Notes: generated by a model from the sequence alone, not told the origin. A stretch of 64,000 nucleotides of DNA from an uncultured Prevotellaceae bacterium (GCA_900318865.1 ONMF01000009.1:25042-89041), one strand, 5' to 3'. Shown: positions 30,826 through 41,256, counted from the stretch's first letter. Translations and numbers: made by a program.

Positions 30826-32901
30826 ATGAAGACGAAGGCAAGAAACAGACTGATGTGCGTCGTGGCGATGGTGGCCCTGGCCTGGGGCGCCGCATGGTCG
30901 CAAATCAATACCGACCAGGTGATGGCCATCGGTCGCAATGCGCTTTACTTTGAGGATTACATCCTGTCGATTCAATATTTTAATCAGGTGATTAAAGCCA
31001 AGCCGTTTCTTGCCGAGCCTTATTTCTACCGTGCCGTGGCTAAAATCAACCTCGAGGATTACAATGGTGCCGAGCAAGACGCCACGCTGGCCATCGAGCG
31101 CAACCCCTTCATCGTGGACGCCTATCAGGTGCGCGGTGTGGCACGCCAGAACCGTCGCGACTTTGCCGGCGCGGTGGCCGACTACGCCGAGGGCCTGCGG
31201 CTTATGCCCGAGGAGAAGGTGTTCATGATGAACTCGGCGGTGTGCTACGGCGAGTTGCACGACTACGAGGCGGCGCAGCGTGCCTACGACCGCTTGCTGT
31301 CGGTCGACCCGAACAATGACCGGGCACAACTGGGCCTGGCGCATCTGTACCTGATGCGCAAAGACACCGTGGAGGCGCTCAAGCATGTGGACCGCTCGCT
31401 GGAACTGTCGAAAAACAATGCCGGTGCCTATGTGATGCGTGCCGCCATCGCCACGCGCTCGCGCGGCGACTACGAGCAGGCCCTGGCCGATATGGACGAG
31501 GCCATCAAGCTCGAGCCGCATCAGGCCGGTTACTTCATCAACCGCGCGTTCATCAAGTACAACCTCGACGATTATTTCGGCGCGATGGCCGATTATGACT
31601 ATGCCGTGGGCCTGGACCCGGCGAGCATCGAGGCGCACTTCAACCGTGGGCTGCTGCTGGCCGAGGTGGGGGAGAACAACAAGGCCATCAATGATTTTGA
31701 CTTTGTGCTGCAGAGTGATTCGCACAATTTTATGGCACTTTATAACCGTGCCATGCTTTACTTCCGCACGGGGCAGTACCGGCAAGCCGTGCGCGACTAC
31801 GACGAGGTGCTCAAGAAATACCCCAATTTCGAGGCCGGCTTCATGGCCCGCGGCGAGGCGAAGCGTCGCATGGGCGACATGCGTGGCAGCAATGCCGACT
31901 ATGAGCACGCTTTGTCGCTGTTCAAACGCAAGAAAACCCATGTTTCCGACTTCAATCCGGCCGAAATAGAAGTGAACGCCGCCATCCGCAAGCGTGAACA
32001 GCAGGAACTCACCGGGCAGTCCGAGCCCGAGACCGAAGAAGAAATCATGAACCGCTTCAACACACTGCTCACGGTGGCACCCGAAAATCCCATCAAGCCC
32101 GAGTATGCCAACAAGCAGCGCGGCCGCATTCAGAACACCAACGTCGAGATAGAGCCCGAGCCGATGATGCTGCTCACCTATTATACGCGCGATAACAAGC
32201 TCAACGGCAAGACGTACTACCTGCGGGAGATAACCGAGCTCAACGAGTCGCGGCTGCTGCCAGCCACGCTGGCCCTGGTGAGTGGCGAACAACGCCTCAA
32301 CGAGGACGAGATTAAGCGCCACTTTGCCAGCATCGAGTACTACGACGGCCTGCTGGCAACGGCCAAGCCCCGGTCGGTCGACTATTTTGCGCGAGCGATG
32401 GACTACCTGCTGGTGAAGAATCCCGCCGCAGCCGTGGCCGATGCCGACCGCGCCATCGCCATGAGTCCCAAATTTGCCATGGCGTATCTGCTGCGCGCCT
32501 GCGCGCACTATATGCTCTACCAGATGGGGCACAGCGCCATGGCTGCCGATGGCGACGCGACGACCGACACCCAGACGCGCGCCATGCTGCGCCAGCGTGA
32601 GGACGCCGCAGCCCTGCAGCAGGTGCTCAACGACATCGACTCCCTGCTGACACTGTCGCCCAAGAACGTGTACGCCTACTACGACAAGGGGAACGCCTGC
32701 ATGCTCCAGGCCGACTACACCAGCGCCATCAGCTGCTACACGAAGGCCATCGAGCTCAAGCCCGACCTGGGCGAGGCTTATTACAACCGTGGCCTGATGT
32801 ACCTCAGGCTGGGTAATAAAGAGCGCGGGGTGGCCGACTTGAGCCAAGCCGGCGAGCTGGGCATCCTGCCCAGTTACAACGTGCTCAAGCGGATGCAGTG
32901 A
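30826..32901 (+). CDS. Secreted tetratricopeptide-repeat protein
   Basis: Signal peptide and many TPR units (AYFNRG, YNRAML, AYYNRG); start set at MKTKAR. Confidence 0.9.
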   Translation: MKTKARNRLMCVVAMVALAWGAAWSQINTDQVMAIGRNALYFEDYILSIQYFNQVIKAKPFLAEPYFYRAVAKINLEDYNGAEQDATLAIERNPFIVDAYQVRGVARQNRRDFAGAVADYAEGLRLMPEEKVFMMNSAVCYGELHDYEAAQRAYDRLLSVDPNNDRAQLGLAHLYLMRKDTVEALKHVDRSLELSKNNAGAYVMRAAIATRSRGDYEQALADMDEAIKLEPHQAGYFINRAFIKYNLDDYFGAMADYDYAVGLDPASIEAHFNRGLLLAEVGENNKAINDFDFVLQSDSHNFMALYNRAMLYFRTGQYRQAVRDYDEVLKKYPNFEAGFMARGEAKRRMGDMRGSNADYEHALSLFKRKKTHVSDFNPAEIEVNAAIRKREQQELTGQSEPETEEEIMNRFNTLLTVAPENPIKPEYANKQRGRIQNTNVEIEPEPMMLLTYYTRDNKLNGKTYYLREITELNESRLLPATLALVSGEQRLNEDEIKRHFASIEYYDGLLATAKPRSVDYFARAMDYLLVKNPAAAVADADRAIAMSPKFAMAYLLRACAHYMLYQMGHSAMAADGDATTDTQTRAMLRQREDAAALQQVLNDIDSLLTLSPKNVYAYYDKGNACMLQADYTSAISCYTKAIELKPDLGEAYYNRGLMYLRLGNKERGVADLSQAGELGILPSYNVLKRMQ

Positions 32902-33046
32902 CGATTGCCGGAAGTGTGTGTGCGGCGCCTCCTCGCCGTGCATTTCGGGCCGGCTTTTCCCGGTCCGGGGGAGCTCCGGGGCATGGGCGACAAGGTGATA
33001 GCTCAAATAATCAAGGCATTTCGCACAACTTGCACCATTTTTTTAT

Positions 33047-33054
33047 TATCTTTG
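33047..33054 (+). promoter_or_regulatory. Bacteroidetes -7 promoter element for thrS
   Basis: TATCTTTG matches TAnnTTTG. Similar elements lie upstream of infC, the TMEM43 gene, the ncRNA (38001), the SPOR gene and the tRNAs (50341). Confidence 0.7.
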
Positions 33055-33070
33055 CGGGTGATTTACAAAT

Positions 33071-33098
33071 CGCCGTCGTGTTGTTGTAGGACACGGCG
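33071..33098 (+). promoter_or_regulatory. Candidate thrS translational operator hairpin with Thr-anticodon-like loop
   Basis: CGCC(GUC)GUGUU-GUUGUAG-GACACGGCG; the 7-nt loop carries U-UGU-A and ends 23 nt before the ATG. Confidence 0.5.
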
Positions 33099-33121
33099 CA
33101 AAACATTTTATATATAGCATT

Positions 33122-35062
33122 ATGATTAACATTACTTTTCCAGATGGAAACGTGAAGCAATTTGAGAGTGGAACGACGCCCTATCAGATTGCCGAGAGCA
33201 TCAGCGCCGGGCTGGCTCGTAACATCCTGGCCGCTAAGTTGAACGACGAGGAGTGGGACATCTCCCGCCCCGTCACAAGCGATGGCAGCATCCAGTTCTT
33301 CAAGTGGGAAGACCCCGAGGGCAAGCACGCCTTCTGGCACACCAGCGCCCACTTGCTGGCCGAGGCATTGCAAGAGCTGTATCCGGGCGTGCAGTTCGGA
33401 ATAGGACCCGCCATCGAGAACGGGTTTTACTACGACATCGACCCGGGTGAGCACCAAATCACCAGTGCCGACTTCGACAAGATTGAGAAAAAGATGGCCG
33501 AGCTCGTGGCCCGCAAAGAGGCCGTGGTGCGCCATGACATCAGCAAGGCCGACGCACTGAAGTTCTTCGGCGACGGCGGGCAGACGCTCAAGTGCGAGCT
33601 CATCAGCGAGCTTGAGGACGGCCACATCTCCACATACACACAGGGCCGGTTCACCGACCTGTGCCGCGGCCCGCACATTCCCAGCACCGAGCCCATCAAG
33701 GCCGTGAAAATCCTGTCGCTGGCCGGTGCCTACTGGCGCGGCGACGAGAAACGTCCGCAACTGGTGCGCGTGTACGGCATCTCCTTCCCCAAGAAGAAGA
33801 TGCTCGACGAGTATCTGGTGATGCTCGAGGAGGCCAAAAAGCGCGACCACCGCAAGATTGGCAAGGAAATGGAGTTGTTCGCCTTCTCGCAGAATGTGGG
33901 TGCCGGTCTGCCGTTGTGGCTGCCCAAGGGTGCCGCTCTTCGCAACCGTCTTCAGGACTTCCTGGCCAAGATACAAAAGAAATACGGCTACCAGCAGGTG
34001 GTGACCCCGCACATCGGCAACAAGATGCTGTACGTCACCAGCGGGCACTATGCCAAGTACGGCAAAGATTCGTTCCAGCCCATCCACACGCCCGAGGAGG
34101 GAGAAGAATACCTGCTCAAGCCCATGAACTGCCCGCACCACTGCGAGATTTACCGCACGGCACCCCGCAGCTACCGCGACCTGCCGCTTCGCTTCGCCGA
34201 GTTCGGCACGGTCTACCGCTATGAGCAGAGTGGCGAACTCCACGGGCTCACACGCGTTCGCTGCTTCTGTCAGGACGATGCCCACTTGTTCTGCACCCCC
34301 GACCAGCTGAAGCAGGAGTTCCTGGGCGTGATGGACATCATTTCGTTCATTTTCAGCATCTTCGGGTTTGACTATGAGGCTCAAATCTCGCTGCGCGATC
34401 CCAACCATCCCGAGAAATACGTGGGCAGCGACGAGAATTGGGAGAAGGCCGAGCGTGCCATCATCGAGGCGTGTGAGGAGAAGGGACTCAAGGCCCGCCA
34501 GGAGACCGGCGAGGCAGCCTTCTATGGACCGAAGCTCGACTTCATGGTGAAGGACGCCCTGGGCCGCCGCTGGCAGCTGGGCACCATCCAGGTCGACTAC
34601 AACCTTCCTGAGCGCTTCGGGCTGGAATACACCGGTGCCGACAATCTCAAGCACCGCCCGGTGATGATTCACCGCGCGCCATTCGGCTCGCTGGAGCGCT
34701 TCATCGCCGTGCTGCTCGAGCACACTGCCGGCAAGCTTCCGCTGTGGCTGGTGCCCGACCAGTGCGTGGTGCTTCCCATCAGCGAGAAATACAACGACTA
34801 TGCTCACCGCGTGATGAATGAGCTCAACGCGCTCGATGTGCGCGCCACCATCGACGAGCGAAACGAGAAAATCGGTCGCAAAATCCGTGACAATGAGCTC
34901 AAACGCATCCCCTATCTGCTCATCGTGGGCGAAAAAGAAGAAGCTTCGGGCGAAGTTTCTGTAAGAAAACAGGGCGAAGGTGATAAAGGTTCGAAAAAAA
35001 TTGCTATCTTTGCAGCCGAAATAAATGACGAAGTGGCCCGGATGACGAATTTTAATGTCTGA
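33122..35062 (+). CDS. thrS: Threonyl-tRNA synthetase
   Basis: TGS domain, [52 protein letters not shown] and [13 protein letters not shown]. Confidence 0.98.
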   Translation: MINITFPDGNVKQFESGTTPYQIAESISAGLARNILAAKLNDEEWDISRPVTSDGSIQFFKWEDPEGKHAFWHTSAHLLAEALQELYPGVQFGIGPAIENGFYYDIDPGEHQITSADFDKIEKKMAELVARKEAVVRHDISKADALKFFGDGGQTLKCELISELEDGHISTYTQGRFTDLCRGPHIPSTEPIKAVKILSLAGAYWRGDEKRPQLVRVYGISFPKKKMLDEYLVMLEEAKKRDHRKIGKEMELFAFSQNVGAGLPLWLPKGAALRNRLQDFLAKIQKKYGYQQVVTPHIGNKMLYVTSGHYAKYGKDSFQPIHTPEEGEEYLLKPMNCPHHCEIYRTAPRSYRDLPLRFAEFGTVYRYEQSGELHGLTRVRCFCQDDAHLFCTPDQLKQEFLGVMDIISFIFSIFGFDYEAQISLRDPNHPEKYVGSDENWEKAERAIIEACEEKGLKARQETGEAAFYGPKLDFMVKDALGRRWQLGTIQVDYNLPERFGLEYTGADNLKHRPVMIHRAPFGSLERFIAVLLEHTAGKLPLWLVPDQCVVLPISEKYNDYAHRVMNELNALDVRATIDERNEKIGRKIRDNELKRIPYLLIVGEKEEASGEVSVRKQGEGDKGSKKIAIFAAEINDEVARMTNFNV

Positions 35063-35102
35063 TGGGGCTACGTTGTCGTGTACTGATAACTATTAAAATT
35101 AC

Positions 35103-35762
35103 TTGATGGACAAGAAACCATTTTGGAGCGGACCCAAGCGTCCGGCAGGCCCTCCGGGCCCACGCCCCAAGCGCGACCGCAACCAGCCCGCGGGCAAGAA
35201 AGACAAAGACACACATGCCGTGAACGAGCAAATCAGGGCACGGGAAGTGCGCCTTGTGGGTGACAATGTGACCGAGGGAATCTACCCCCTGTCGCAAGCA
35301 CTCAAGATTGCCGATGAGCTGGAGCTCGATCTCATCGAAATCGCGCCCCAGGCGCAGCCCCCGGTGTGCCGTGTGATGGACTACCAGAAGTTCCAGTTCC
35401 AGCAGCGCAAGCGGCTCAAGGAGCAGAAGGCCAAGTCGACCAAGATTGTGGTGAAGGAAATACGGTTCGGACCGCAGACCGACGACCACGACTACAACTT
35501 CAAGCTCAAGCACGCCATCGCCTTCCTCAAGGAGGGTGCCAAGGTGAAGAGCTATGTGTTCTTCAAGGGCCGTTCGATTCTCTTCAAGGAGCAAGGCGAA
35601 GTGCTGCTGCTCAGGTTTGCCAACGACCTGGAGGAATATGGCAAGGTGGAGCAGATGCCCGTGCTCGAAGGCAAGCGCATGACCATCATGCTCTCGCCCA
35701 AGAAGCCCGGTCAGGCCAAGAAGAAAGACGATGCCGCGGCGGCTCCTGCCGAGGACAAGTGA
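35103..35762 (+). CDS. infC: Translation initiation factor IF-3
   Basis: [35 protein letters not shown]; the start is TTG 35103 or ATG 35106. Confidence 0.96.
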   Translation: MMDKKPFWSGPKRPAGPPGPRPKRDRNQPAGKKDKDTHAVNEQIRAREVRLVGDNVTEGIYPLSQALKIADELELDLIEIAPQAQPPVCRVMDYQKFQFQQRKRLKEQKAKSTKIVVKEIRFGPQTDDHDYNFKLKHAIAFLKEGAKVKSYVFFKGRSILFKEQGEVLLLRFANDLEEYGKVEQMPVLEGKRMTIMLSPKKPGQAKKKDDAAAAPAEDK

Positions 35763-35877
35763 ACCTGGTGGCCGGCCGAATATCAGCGCACGAAAACGAA
35801 CAGAGAGAAAAGGGGCATCAGGCTTGTAAGTGCCTGGTCCTCGATTAGTTAATAATTTTTTTAAACAAATTTACAAA

Positions 35878-36072
35878 ATGCCAAAAGTTAAGACTAATTC
35901 CGGTGCCAAAAAAAGGTTTACCTTTACCGGAACAGGGAAGATTAAAAGAAAACATGCTTACAAGAGTCACATCTTGACCAAGAAGAGCAAAAAGCGTAAG
36001 AGAAACCTCACCCACGTGAGCATCGTTGACAAGGCCAACCTGAATCAGGTGCGCACGCTGCTGGTGAAGTAA
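35878..36072 (+). CDS. rpmI: 50S ribosomal protein L35
   Basis: [27 protein letters not shown]. Confidence 0.97.
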   Translation: MPKVKTNSGAKKRFTFTGTGKIKRKHAYKSHILTKKSKKRKRNLTHVSIVDKANLNQVRTLLVK

Positions 36073-36194
36073 TCCGAGCCAACCAACGTTTTCATCACAA
36101 ATTTTAATCTTTAAGAGATTTTTATCATTTTTACTAACCGGATGCGTAGCTCAAAGCGCGACTTCGCCGCTCACATCCAAAACAATTTAAAAAA

Positions 36195-36545
36195 ATGCCA
36201 AGATCAGTAAATCACGTAGCTTCACGAGCTAAACGAAAGAAAATCTTAAAACTTACACGCGGTTACTTCGGAGCACGCAAAAACGTGTGGACCGTTGCCA
36301 AGAACACCTGGGAGAAGGGTTTGACCTATGCCTATGCCGACCGTAAGAAGAAAAAACGCAACTTCCGCGCTCTCTGGATTCAGCGTATCAATGCCGCTGC
36401 CCGTCTGGAGGATCTCTCTTACAGCAAGCTCATGGGCCTCATCCACAAGGCTGGCATCGAGATTAACCGCAAGGTGCTTGCCGACCTGGCCATGAACAAT
36501 CCCGAGGCCTTCAAGGCTATCGTGGAGAAGGCCAAGAACGCCTGA
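36195..36545 (+). CDS. rplT: 50S ribosomal protein L20
   Basis: [16 protein letters not shown]...[14 protein letters not shown]...[10 protein letters not shown]. Confidence 0.98.
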   Translation: MPRSVNHVASRAKRKKILKLTRGYFGARKNVWTVAKNTWEKGLTYAYADRKKKKRNFRALWIQRINAAARLEDLSYSKLMGLIHKAGIEINRKVLADLAMNNPEAFKAIVEKAKNA

Positions 36546-36593
36546 CACCACTTCCCCACGGAATGACTGTGCCCTGAGGCACAGGCCGATTCG

Positions 36594-36630
36594 TAAAAGC
36601 GGACCCCGCAATCATGCAGGGCCCGCTTTT
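36594..36630 (+). terminator. Terminator after rplT
   Basis: AAAAGCGGACCC...GGGCCCGCTTTTT. Confidence 0.65.
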
Positions 36631-36728
36631 TGAGGTGCCTGCCTTGACTGTTTGTTGAATTGTGAGAAAATCACTATCTTTGTCACAATCACTTGGAAAC
36701 ACTAACCGACTTTAATAATGAAGGAATT

Positions 36729-37922
36729 ATGTTCGGCTTTTTGAAAAAAGCGGGAGGCGTGGCAATCATGGTGTCGGCCATGGCGCTGCTGGCGTGGAAC
36801 GAGAGCCATTCGTTTCATGCGCACAACCTGTTTGCAGAGGCGGCCTCCAAGCTCACTATCGTGGACGATACCACGACCGTGAACCCCGCCAACGAGGGGC
36901 GCCTGCTTTTCATGAACGTGTGGGCGCACCTGGGCGATGAGGCTGTGGACCCGCTCTACGGCATCGGGGGGCAATGCCTCTCGGTGGAGCGGCAGGTGCG
37001 GTATTATCAGTGGCAGGAGAGAGCTATTGAGACCAGTCATCGGACCGCTGATGGCACCCGCACCTCGAGCACCCGGTACGAGTATTACCACGTCTGGAGT
37101 GATAAGATCATTGACCCTGCCAAGTTCTCGGGCCCGCGGGCGAGCGGGTACGACAACACACCCGTGGTGCAGATCGAGCCGCTCAAGACCTATTCACGCG
37201 GTGCTAAGCTCGGCCCTTACCTGATGACCACCGAACTTGTTGACAGCATGCCGGCGCTCAAGAGCAATATAGCCGACGGCAGCGGCACACGCAATCGGCA
37301 ACTTGCCGCCGCCATCGACTCTACCTCGCGAGGTGGCACGGTTCCCACCCATCAGGTCGACAATTTCATCTTTTATGGCGACAACCCCGCCAAACCCATT
37401 GTGGGCGATGTGCGCGTGTCGTTCGTGCGCCGCGTGCCGGCCAAGATGTGGGTGCTGGCGCAGGCCCATGCCGACAGCATCCGCCCCTTTGTGGGCTCGG
37501 AGCATTACTGGCTCACCTATTCGCGAGTGAGCACCCAGCAGTTCGACCCTCAGGAGGAGATAGATACCGAAACGTGGGGCTTCGATGTGCTGGTGTGGGT
37601 GCTGCGCGTGATAGGGTGGCTGCTCATGGTGTGGGGCATCAAGTGGGCACTCGAAATCTTCACGTCGCTGCTGGCCGGTGTGCCCGTGGTGGGGGTGGTG
37701 GCCACCGCCGCCGCTTCGCTGGTGAGCTGGGCGCTGGGTACGGCGCTGAGCCTGCTGGTGATAGCACTGGCTTTCTTGGTGATACGTCCTGTGGTGAGCC
37801 TGTGCGTGCTCGGTGGGATGGCCATCGTGGCCGTGGCCGGCTGGTACTTGCACCGCTCGCGCACCGCCCGGTCCAAGCAATCGCTTCCCCCGCCATTGCC
37901 CCCGCCATTGCCCCCGCAATGA
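36729..37922 (+). CDS. TMEM43 (LUMA/DUF1625)-family membrane protein
   Basis: N-terminal TM ending LAWNE, NEGRL, DPLYG, R.VRYYQWQE, GDVRVSF, then four C-terminal TM helices (WVLRVIGWLLM, VPVVG, LVIALA..IRP). Confidence 0.75.
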   Translation: MFGFLKKAGGVAIMVSAMALLAWNESHSFHAHNLFAEAASKLTIVDDTTTVNPANEGRLLFMNVWAHLGDEAVDPLYGIGGQCLSVERQVRYYQWQERAIETSHRTADGTRTSSTRYEYYHVWSDKIIDPAKFSGPRASGYDNTPVVQIEPLKTYSRGAKLGPYLMTTELVDSMPALKSNIADGSGTRNRQLAAAIDSTSRGGTVPTHQVDNFIFYGDNPAKPIVGDVRVSFVRRVPAKMWVLAQAHADSIRPFVGSEHYWLTYSRVSTQQFDPQEEIDTETWGFDVLVWVLRVIGWLLMVWGIKWALEIFTSLLAGVPVVGVVATAAASLVSWALGTALSLLVIALAFLVIRPVVSLCVLGGMAIVAVAGWYLHRSRTARSKQSLPPPLPPPLPPQ

Positions 37923-38015
37923 CCGGAATAGAATCAAATAAAAAATGGTGGAATTACCGAAAAAAGTGGCACCACGCCTTGTTATGTCGGGATATTTTTG
38001 TATCTTTGTGCAGAT

Positions 38016-38260
38016 GAAAGTTCTTTGAAAAATTGTCCACATCAAAGTAGATCGGGATACTCTTCAATTATATTATGAAATGCCGAGACAAGCATTGCAG
38101 TCAATGGCGGGCCTCGACCGAAAGGTGCAGCCCAGCGCTGCCGGAGGATTACAAAGATGCGATGCCCTCAAAACTTGTTTTTATCGGAGTTTCATCACAT
38201 CCTTTGGTGTGGCTTCTTATAGCGGGGTGCTTCACATTGCAGTGGGGCACCCTTTGTTTT
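38016..38260 (+). ncRNA. Bacteroidales-1 motif / putative 6S-like RNA
   Basis: Own TATCTTTG promoter (38001-38008) and terminator (38225-38262), no credible ORF. Long rod pairing: CCACATCAAAG/CTTTGGTGTGG, ATGAAA..CCGA..GACAAG/CTTGTT..TCGG..TTTCAT, GCATTGCA/TGCGATGC, apical GAAA loop. Lies downstream of rplT. Confidence 0.7.
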
Positions 38261-38312
38261 TTGTGCGAAAATAGTTAACTTTGTGGCTCAAACCAATACA
38301 GAACAAGCAACG

Positions 38313-38864
38313 ATGAACAATACCAGCGAGCAATTCGACCAAGTGGTGGCGCGGTGCCGCAGGCTGTACCAGATGAAGATGCAGGACTACGGCCCGTCGT
38401 GGCGCATCTTGCGCCCCAGTTCGCTCACCGACCAGATTTTTATCAAAGCCAAGCGCATTCGCACGCTCGAAATCAACGGGCAGAGCCGGGTGGGCGAGGA
38501 TATCTGGGGCGAGTTTGTGGGTATCATCAATTATGGCATCATCGGGCTGATTCAGCTCGACTATGGCTACAGCGACGTGGTAGACATGACGCGTGAGCGC
38601 GCCCTGGAACTGTATGACCACTATATGGAGCAGACCAAGGCGTTGATGATGGCCAAGAACACCGACTACGGCGAGGCCTGGCGCGACATGCGCATCTCGA
38701 GCTACACCGACTTGATTCTGTCGAAAATCCAGCGTACGAAGGAAATCGAGAACCACGACGGCCACACGCTGGTGAGCGAAGGCATTGCCGCCAACTATCA
38801 AGACATGATTAACTACGCCGTGTTTGCCCTAATCAAGCACGACGAGAACGACGAGGCACAGTGA
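38313..38864 (+). CDS. DUF1599 (nucleotide modification-associated) protein
   Basis: Duplicated K..DYG..WR...SS.TD.I..K..R motif. Confidence 0.85.
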   Translation: MNNTSEQFDQVVARCRRLYQMKMQDYGPSWRILRPSSLTDQIFIKAKRIRTLEINGQSRVGEDIWGEFVGIINYGIIGLIQLDYGYSDVVDMTRERALELYDHYMEQTKALMMAKNTDYGEAWRDMRISSYTDLILSKIQRTKEIENHDGHTLVSEGIAANYQDMINYAVFALIKHDENDEAQ

Positions 38865-40165
38865 GCGCGACGGCCAGCCAGCGGCGATGGAACATCACGC
38901 TGCCCATGGTGGTGACACTGCTTGTGCGCCTGGCCGTGGGCGGGGTGTTCATTTTCTCGGGTTTTGTCAAGGCTGTCGACCCCTGGGGAACCTATTACAA
39001 GGTGAGCGAATACATGCTGGCGATGGGGCTCACCGAGATGGTGTCGCTATCGCTCTTCACGGCCATGGCCCTGCCGGTGCTGGAAATGATGCTGGGCGTG
39101 CTGACTGCCGTGGGAGCCTATCGGCGCTCGGTGCCATGGCTCATGCTGGTTTTCATGCTGGTGATGACTCCCATCACGCTGTGGCTGGCTGTGACTAACG
39201 CCGTGCCCGACTGTGGGTGCTTCGGCGATGTGCTGCACCTGAGCAACTGGGCCACTTTCGGCAAGAACTTGCTGCTGCTGGCCGGTGTGATTTATCTGAT
39301 TCTGTTCAATCGCCGGCTGCCGTCGATTTACGGTCCGGCGGTGCAATGGGTGGCCGCGGCGCTGGTGTTTGCCTATGTCATGATGCTGGTCGTTCCGAGC
39401 TATTTTGTGCAGCCGCTCATCGACTTCCGCCCTTATGAAGTGGGAACACGGCTGACGTCGGCCGCGGCATCGACGGCCAGTGTCGACGAGGACGACTATG
39501 TGTTCATTTACGAGCGCAACGGCGAGCAGCGTGAATTTACCATTGACAACGCGCCCGACGAGGGCGAGGGCTGGACTTTCGTTGACCGGCGCATGATTAA
39601 GAAGCCCGCCGCCCAGTCACGCCCGGTGCCGGCTCATTCCATCGCCATCCGTGACAACGGCCTGGATGTGAGTGATGCCGTGCTTGACCCGTCAGGTGAC
39701 CAACTGTTGTTTTTGTTCCCCGACCTGCCCGAAGTGAGCGTCCCCCATACGTTCCTGCTCAATAACCTGAACGACTTTGCCACTGAGCGCGGTGCGGCCA
39801 TCTACGGACTGACATCGGCCTCCGAGCAGCAGATGCTCGACTGGGAAGATATCGCCATGTCATCCTATCCGCTCTATACGGCCGATGATACCGAAATCAA
39901 GATGCTGGCGCGGGGCAATCCTGCAGTGGTCTATGTTCAGAAAGGAATCATTCGCTGGAAGCGCACCCTCACCTCAATCGACGCCTCCAAGCTGCGCAAC
40001 CCCGAGCAAACGCTCACGACGCTCAACGATGACAATGACGACCCCGACGGCGATTTGATGAGTGCTTTCTACTTCTTGATGGCGGGCTTGGCCTTGCTGC
40101 TGGTGGTGAACAGGACTCACCTGCTGGTGTTGTCGGCCTGGCGCCGGTGGCGCAAGGCCAAGTGA
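38861..40165 (+). CDS. DoxX/MauE-like membrane protein (BT_3928 family)
   Basis: GVFIFSGFVKAVDP, VPDCGCFGD and the periplasmic PLIDFRPYEVG motif; GTG start overlaps the DUF1599 stop. Confidence 0.8.
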   Translation: MSATASQRRWNITLPMVVTLLVRLAVGGVFIFSGFVKAVDPWGTYYKVSEYMLAMGLTEMVSLSLFTAMALPVLEMMLGVLTAVGAYRRSVPWLMLVFMLVMTPITLWLAVTNAVPDCGCFGDVLHLSNWATFGKNLLLLAGVIYLILFNRRLPSIYGPAVQWVAAALVFAYVMMLVVPSYFVQPLIDFRPYEVGTRLTSAAASTASVDEDDYVFIYERNGEQREFTIDNAPDEGEGWTFVDRRMIKKPAAQSRPVPAHSIAIRDNGLDVSDAVLDPSGDQLLFLFPDLPEVSVPHTFLLNNLNDFATERGAAIYGLTSASEQQMLDWEDIAMSSYPLYTADDTEIKMLARGNPAVVYVQKGIIRWKRTLTSIDASKLRNPEQTLTTLNDDNDDPDGDLMSAFYFLMAGLALLLVVNRTHLLVLSAWRRWRKAK

Positions 40166-41256
40166 GAAAGGCGTCGGCGCACCGGCAGGTCATAGCACTT
40201 CATCGTGGCCCAGGCCAGCGCTATGCTTGCCAGCGGCAGGCACACCGCTACTGGCCACACCCGATTCAGCACCTCGATGGGCACGAGGTTGCCATCGAAG
40301 CCGATGTGGGCATAAAACAGATACATCAGCGGATAATGCACGGCGTAGAGCGGATAGCTCAAGTCGCCCAGCATGCAACTCACACGCCGGGTAAGCGTGC
40401 TGCAATGGGCTTCTGATGCCCCGAGCCACACCACTGCCGGGAACAGGAACAGGACGCACGCGGCGTCGTAGGCACCGTTGCACCATGCGGGCATGGCGGG
40501 CAAGGCCAGTGGCAGGCACGCTACCGCCACAATGAGCGCGGCGCACTTCCAGAAAGCGTGACGCACAGCCGCCGGGCGGAACACACGTGCCAAGAGCATT
40601 CCCATGGAGTAGGGGAAGAGCATGCGCACCATGCCGGTCCAGAGGCCGCCGTCGGCCATCGACCATCCCACGCCCAGAAATCCGTCGTGAAGCGATATTG
40701 CGGTGAGAGCCGCACCCAGCATGCAGGTGACCACGGCCAGCGCGCGGGTGGAAAGCCTGCGCAGGAGCAACGCGTAGAAGATGTTGCCCAGATACTCAAA
40801 AAACAGCGACCAGTTGGGGCCGTTGAGCGGGAACAACTCGCCATTGCCCCGCACATCGGGCCTCGCACCCACGGGCAGGGGCACCATGAACACGTTGAGC
40901 AGCAAGGCTATCATCACCATCGATGTGGCCACTTTCTGCCCGCTCCAGGTGACATTTCCCTGAATGAAGAAGCACACCGCACCCAGCACCGCTCCGGCAA
41001 TGACCATGGGATGCAGGCGGATGAGGCGCCTCATGAAAAACCTGGGTGTGGTCAAGCCCTGACTCCAACGGTCGTCGTAGGCATAACCGATAACAAAACC
41101 TGAAAGTACAAAAAAGAAGTCGACCGACAGGTAGCCGTGGGGCAGGGGAGTCCAGTCGAAACATTCAAACACGTGGTACACGATGACAACCAGCGCGGCT
41201 ACACCACGCAGCCCGTCGAGGGTGTGGTAATGGGGTTTTGTTTGGAATAATGCCAT
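40117..41256 (-). CDS. Acyltransferase family 3 membrane protein
   Basis: LDGLRGVAAL..I.YH, VDFFFVLSGF, RRLIRLHP, WSLFFEY and GDLSYPLYAVH. Confidence 0.88.
   Translation of the reverse strand: MALFQTKPHYHTLDGLRGVAALVVIVYHVFECFDWTPLPHGYLSVDFFFVLSGFVIGYAYDDRWSQGLTTPRFFMRRLIRLHPMVIAGAVLGAVCFFIQGNVTWSGQKVATSMVMIALLLNVFMVPLPVGARPDVRGNGELFPLNGPNWSLFFEYLGNIFYALLLRRLSTRALAVVTCMLGAALTAISLHDGFLGVGWSMADGGLWTGMVRMLFPYSMGMLLARVFRPAAVRHAFWKCAALIVAVACLPLALPAMPAWCNGAYDAACVLFLFPAVVWLGASEAHCSTLTRRVSCMLGDLSYPLYAVHYPLMYLFYAHIGFDGNLVPIEVLNRVWPVAVCLPLASIALAWATMKCYDLPVRRRLSHLALRHRRQADNTSR

Noticed and set aside
30781-34807. Long antisense ORFs opposite the TPR gene and thrS (also 3950-5686, 14328-15824, 25580-27412)
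   Set aside because: These are shadow frames from GC-biased codon usage; they lie opposite well-conserved genes and show no protein-family motifs.
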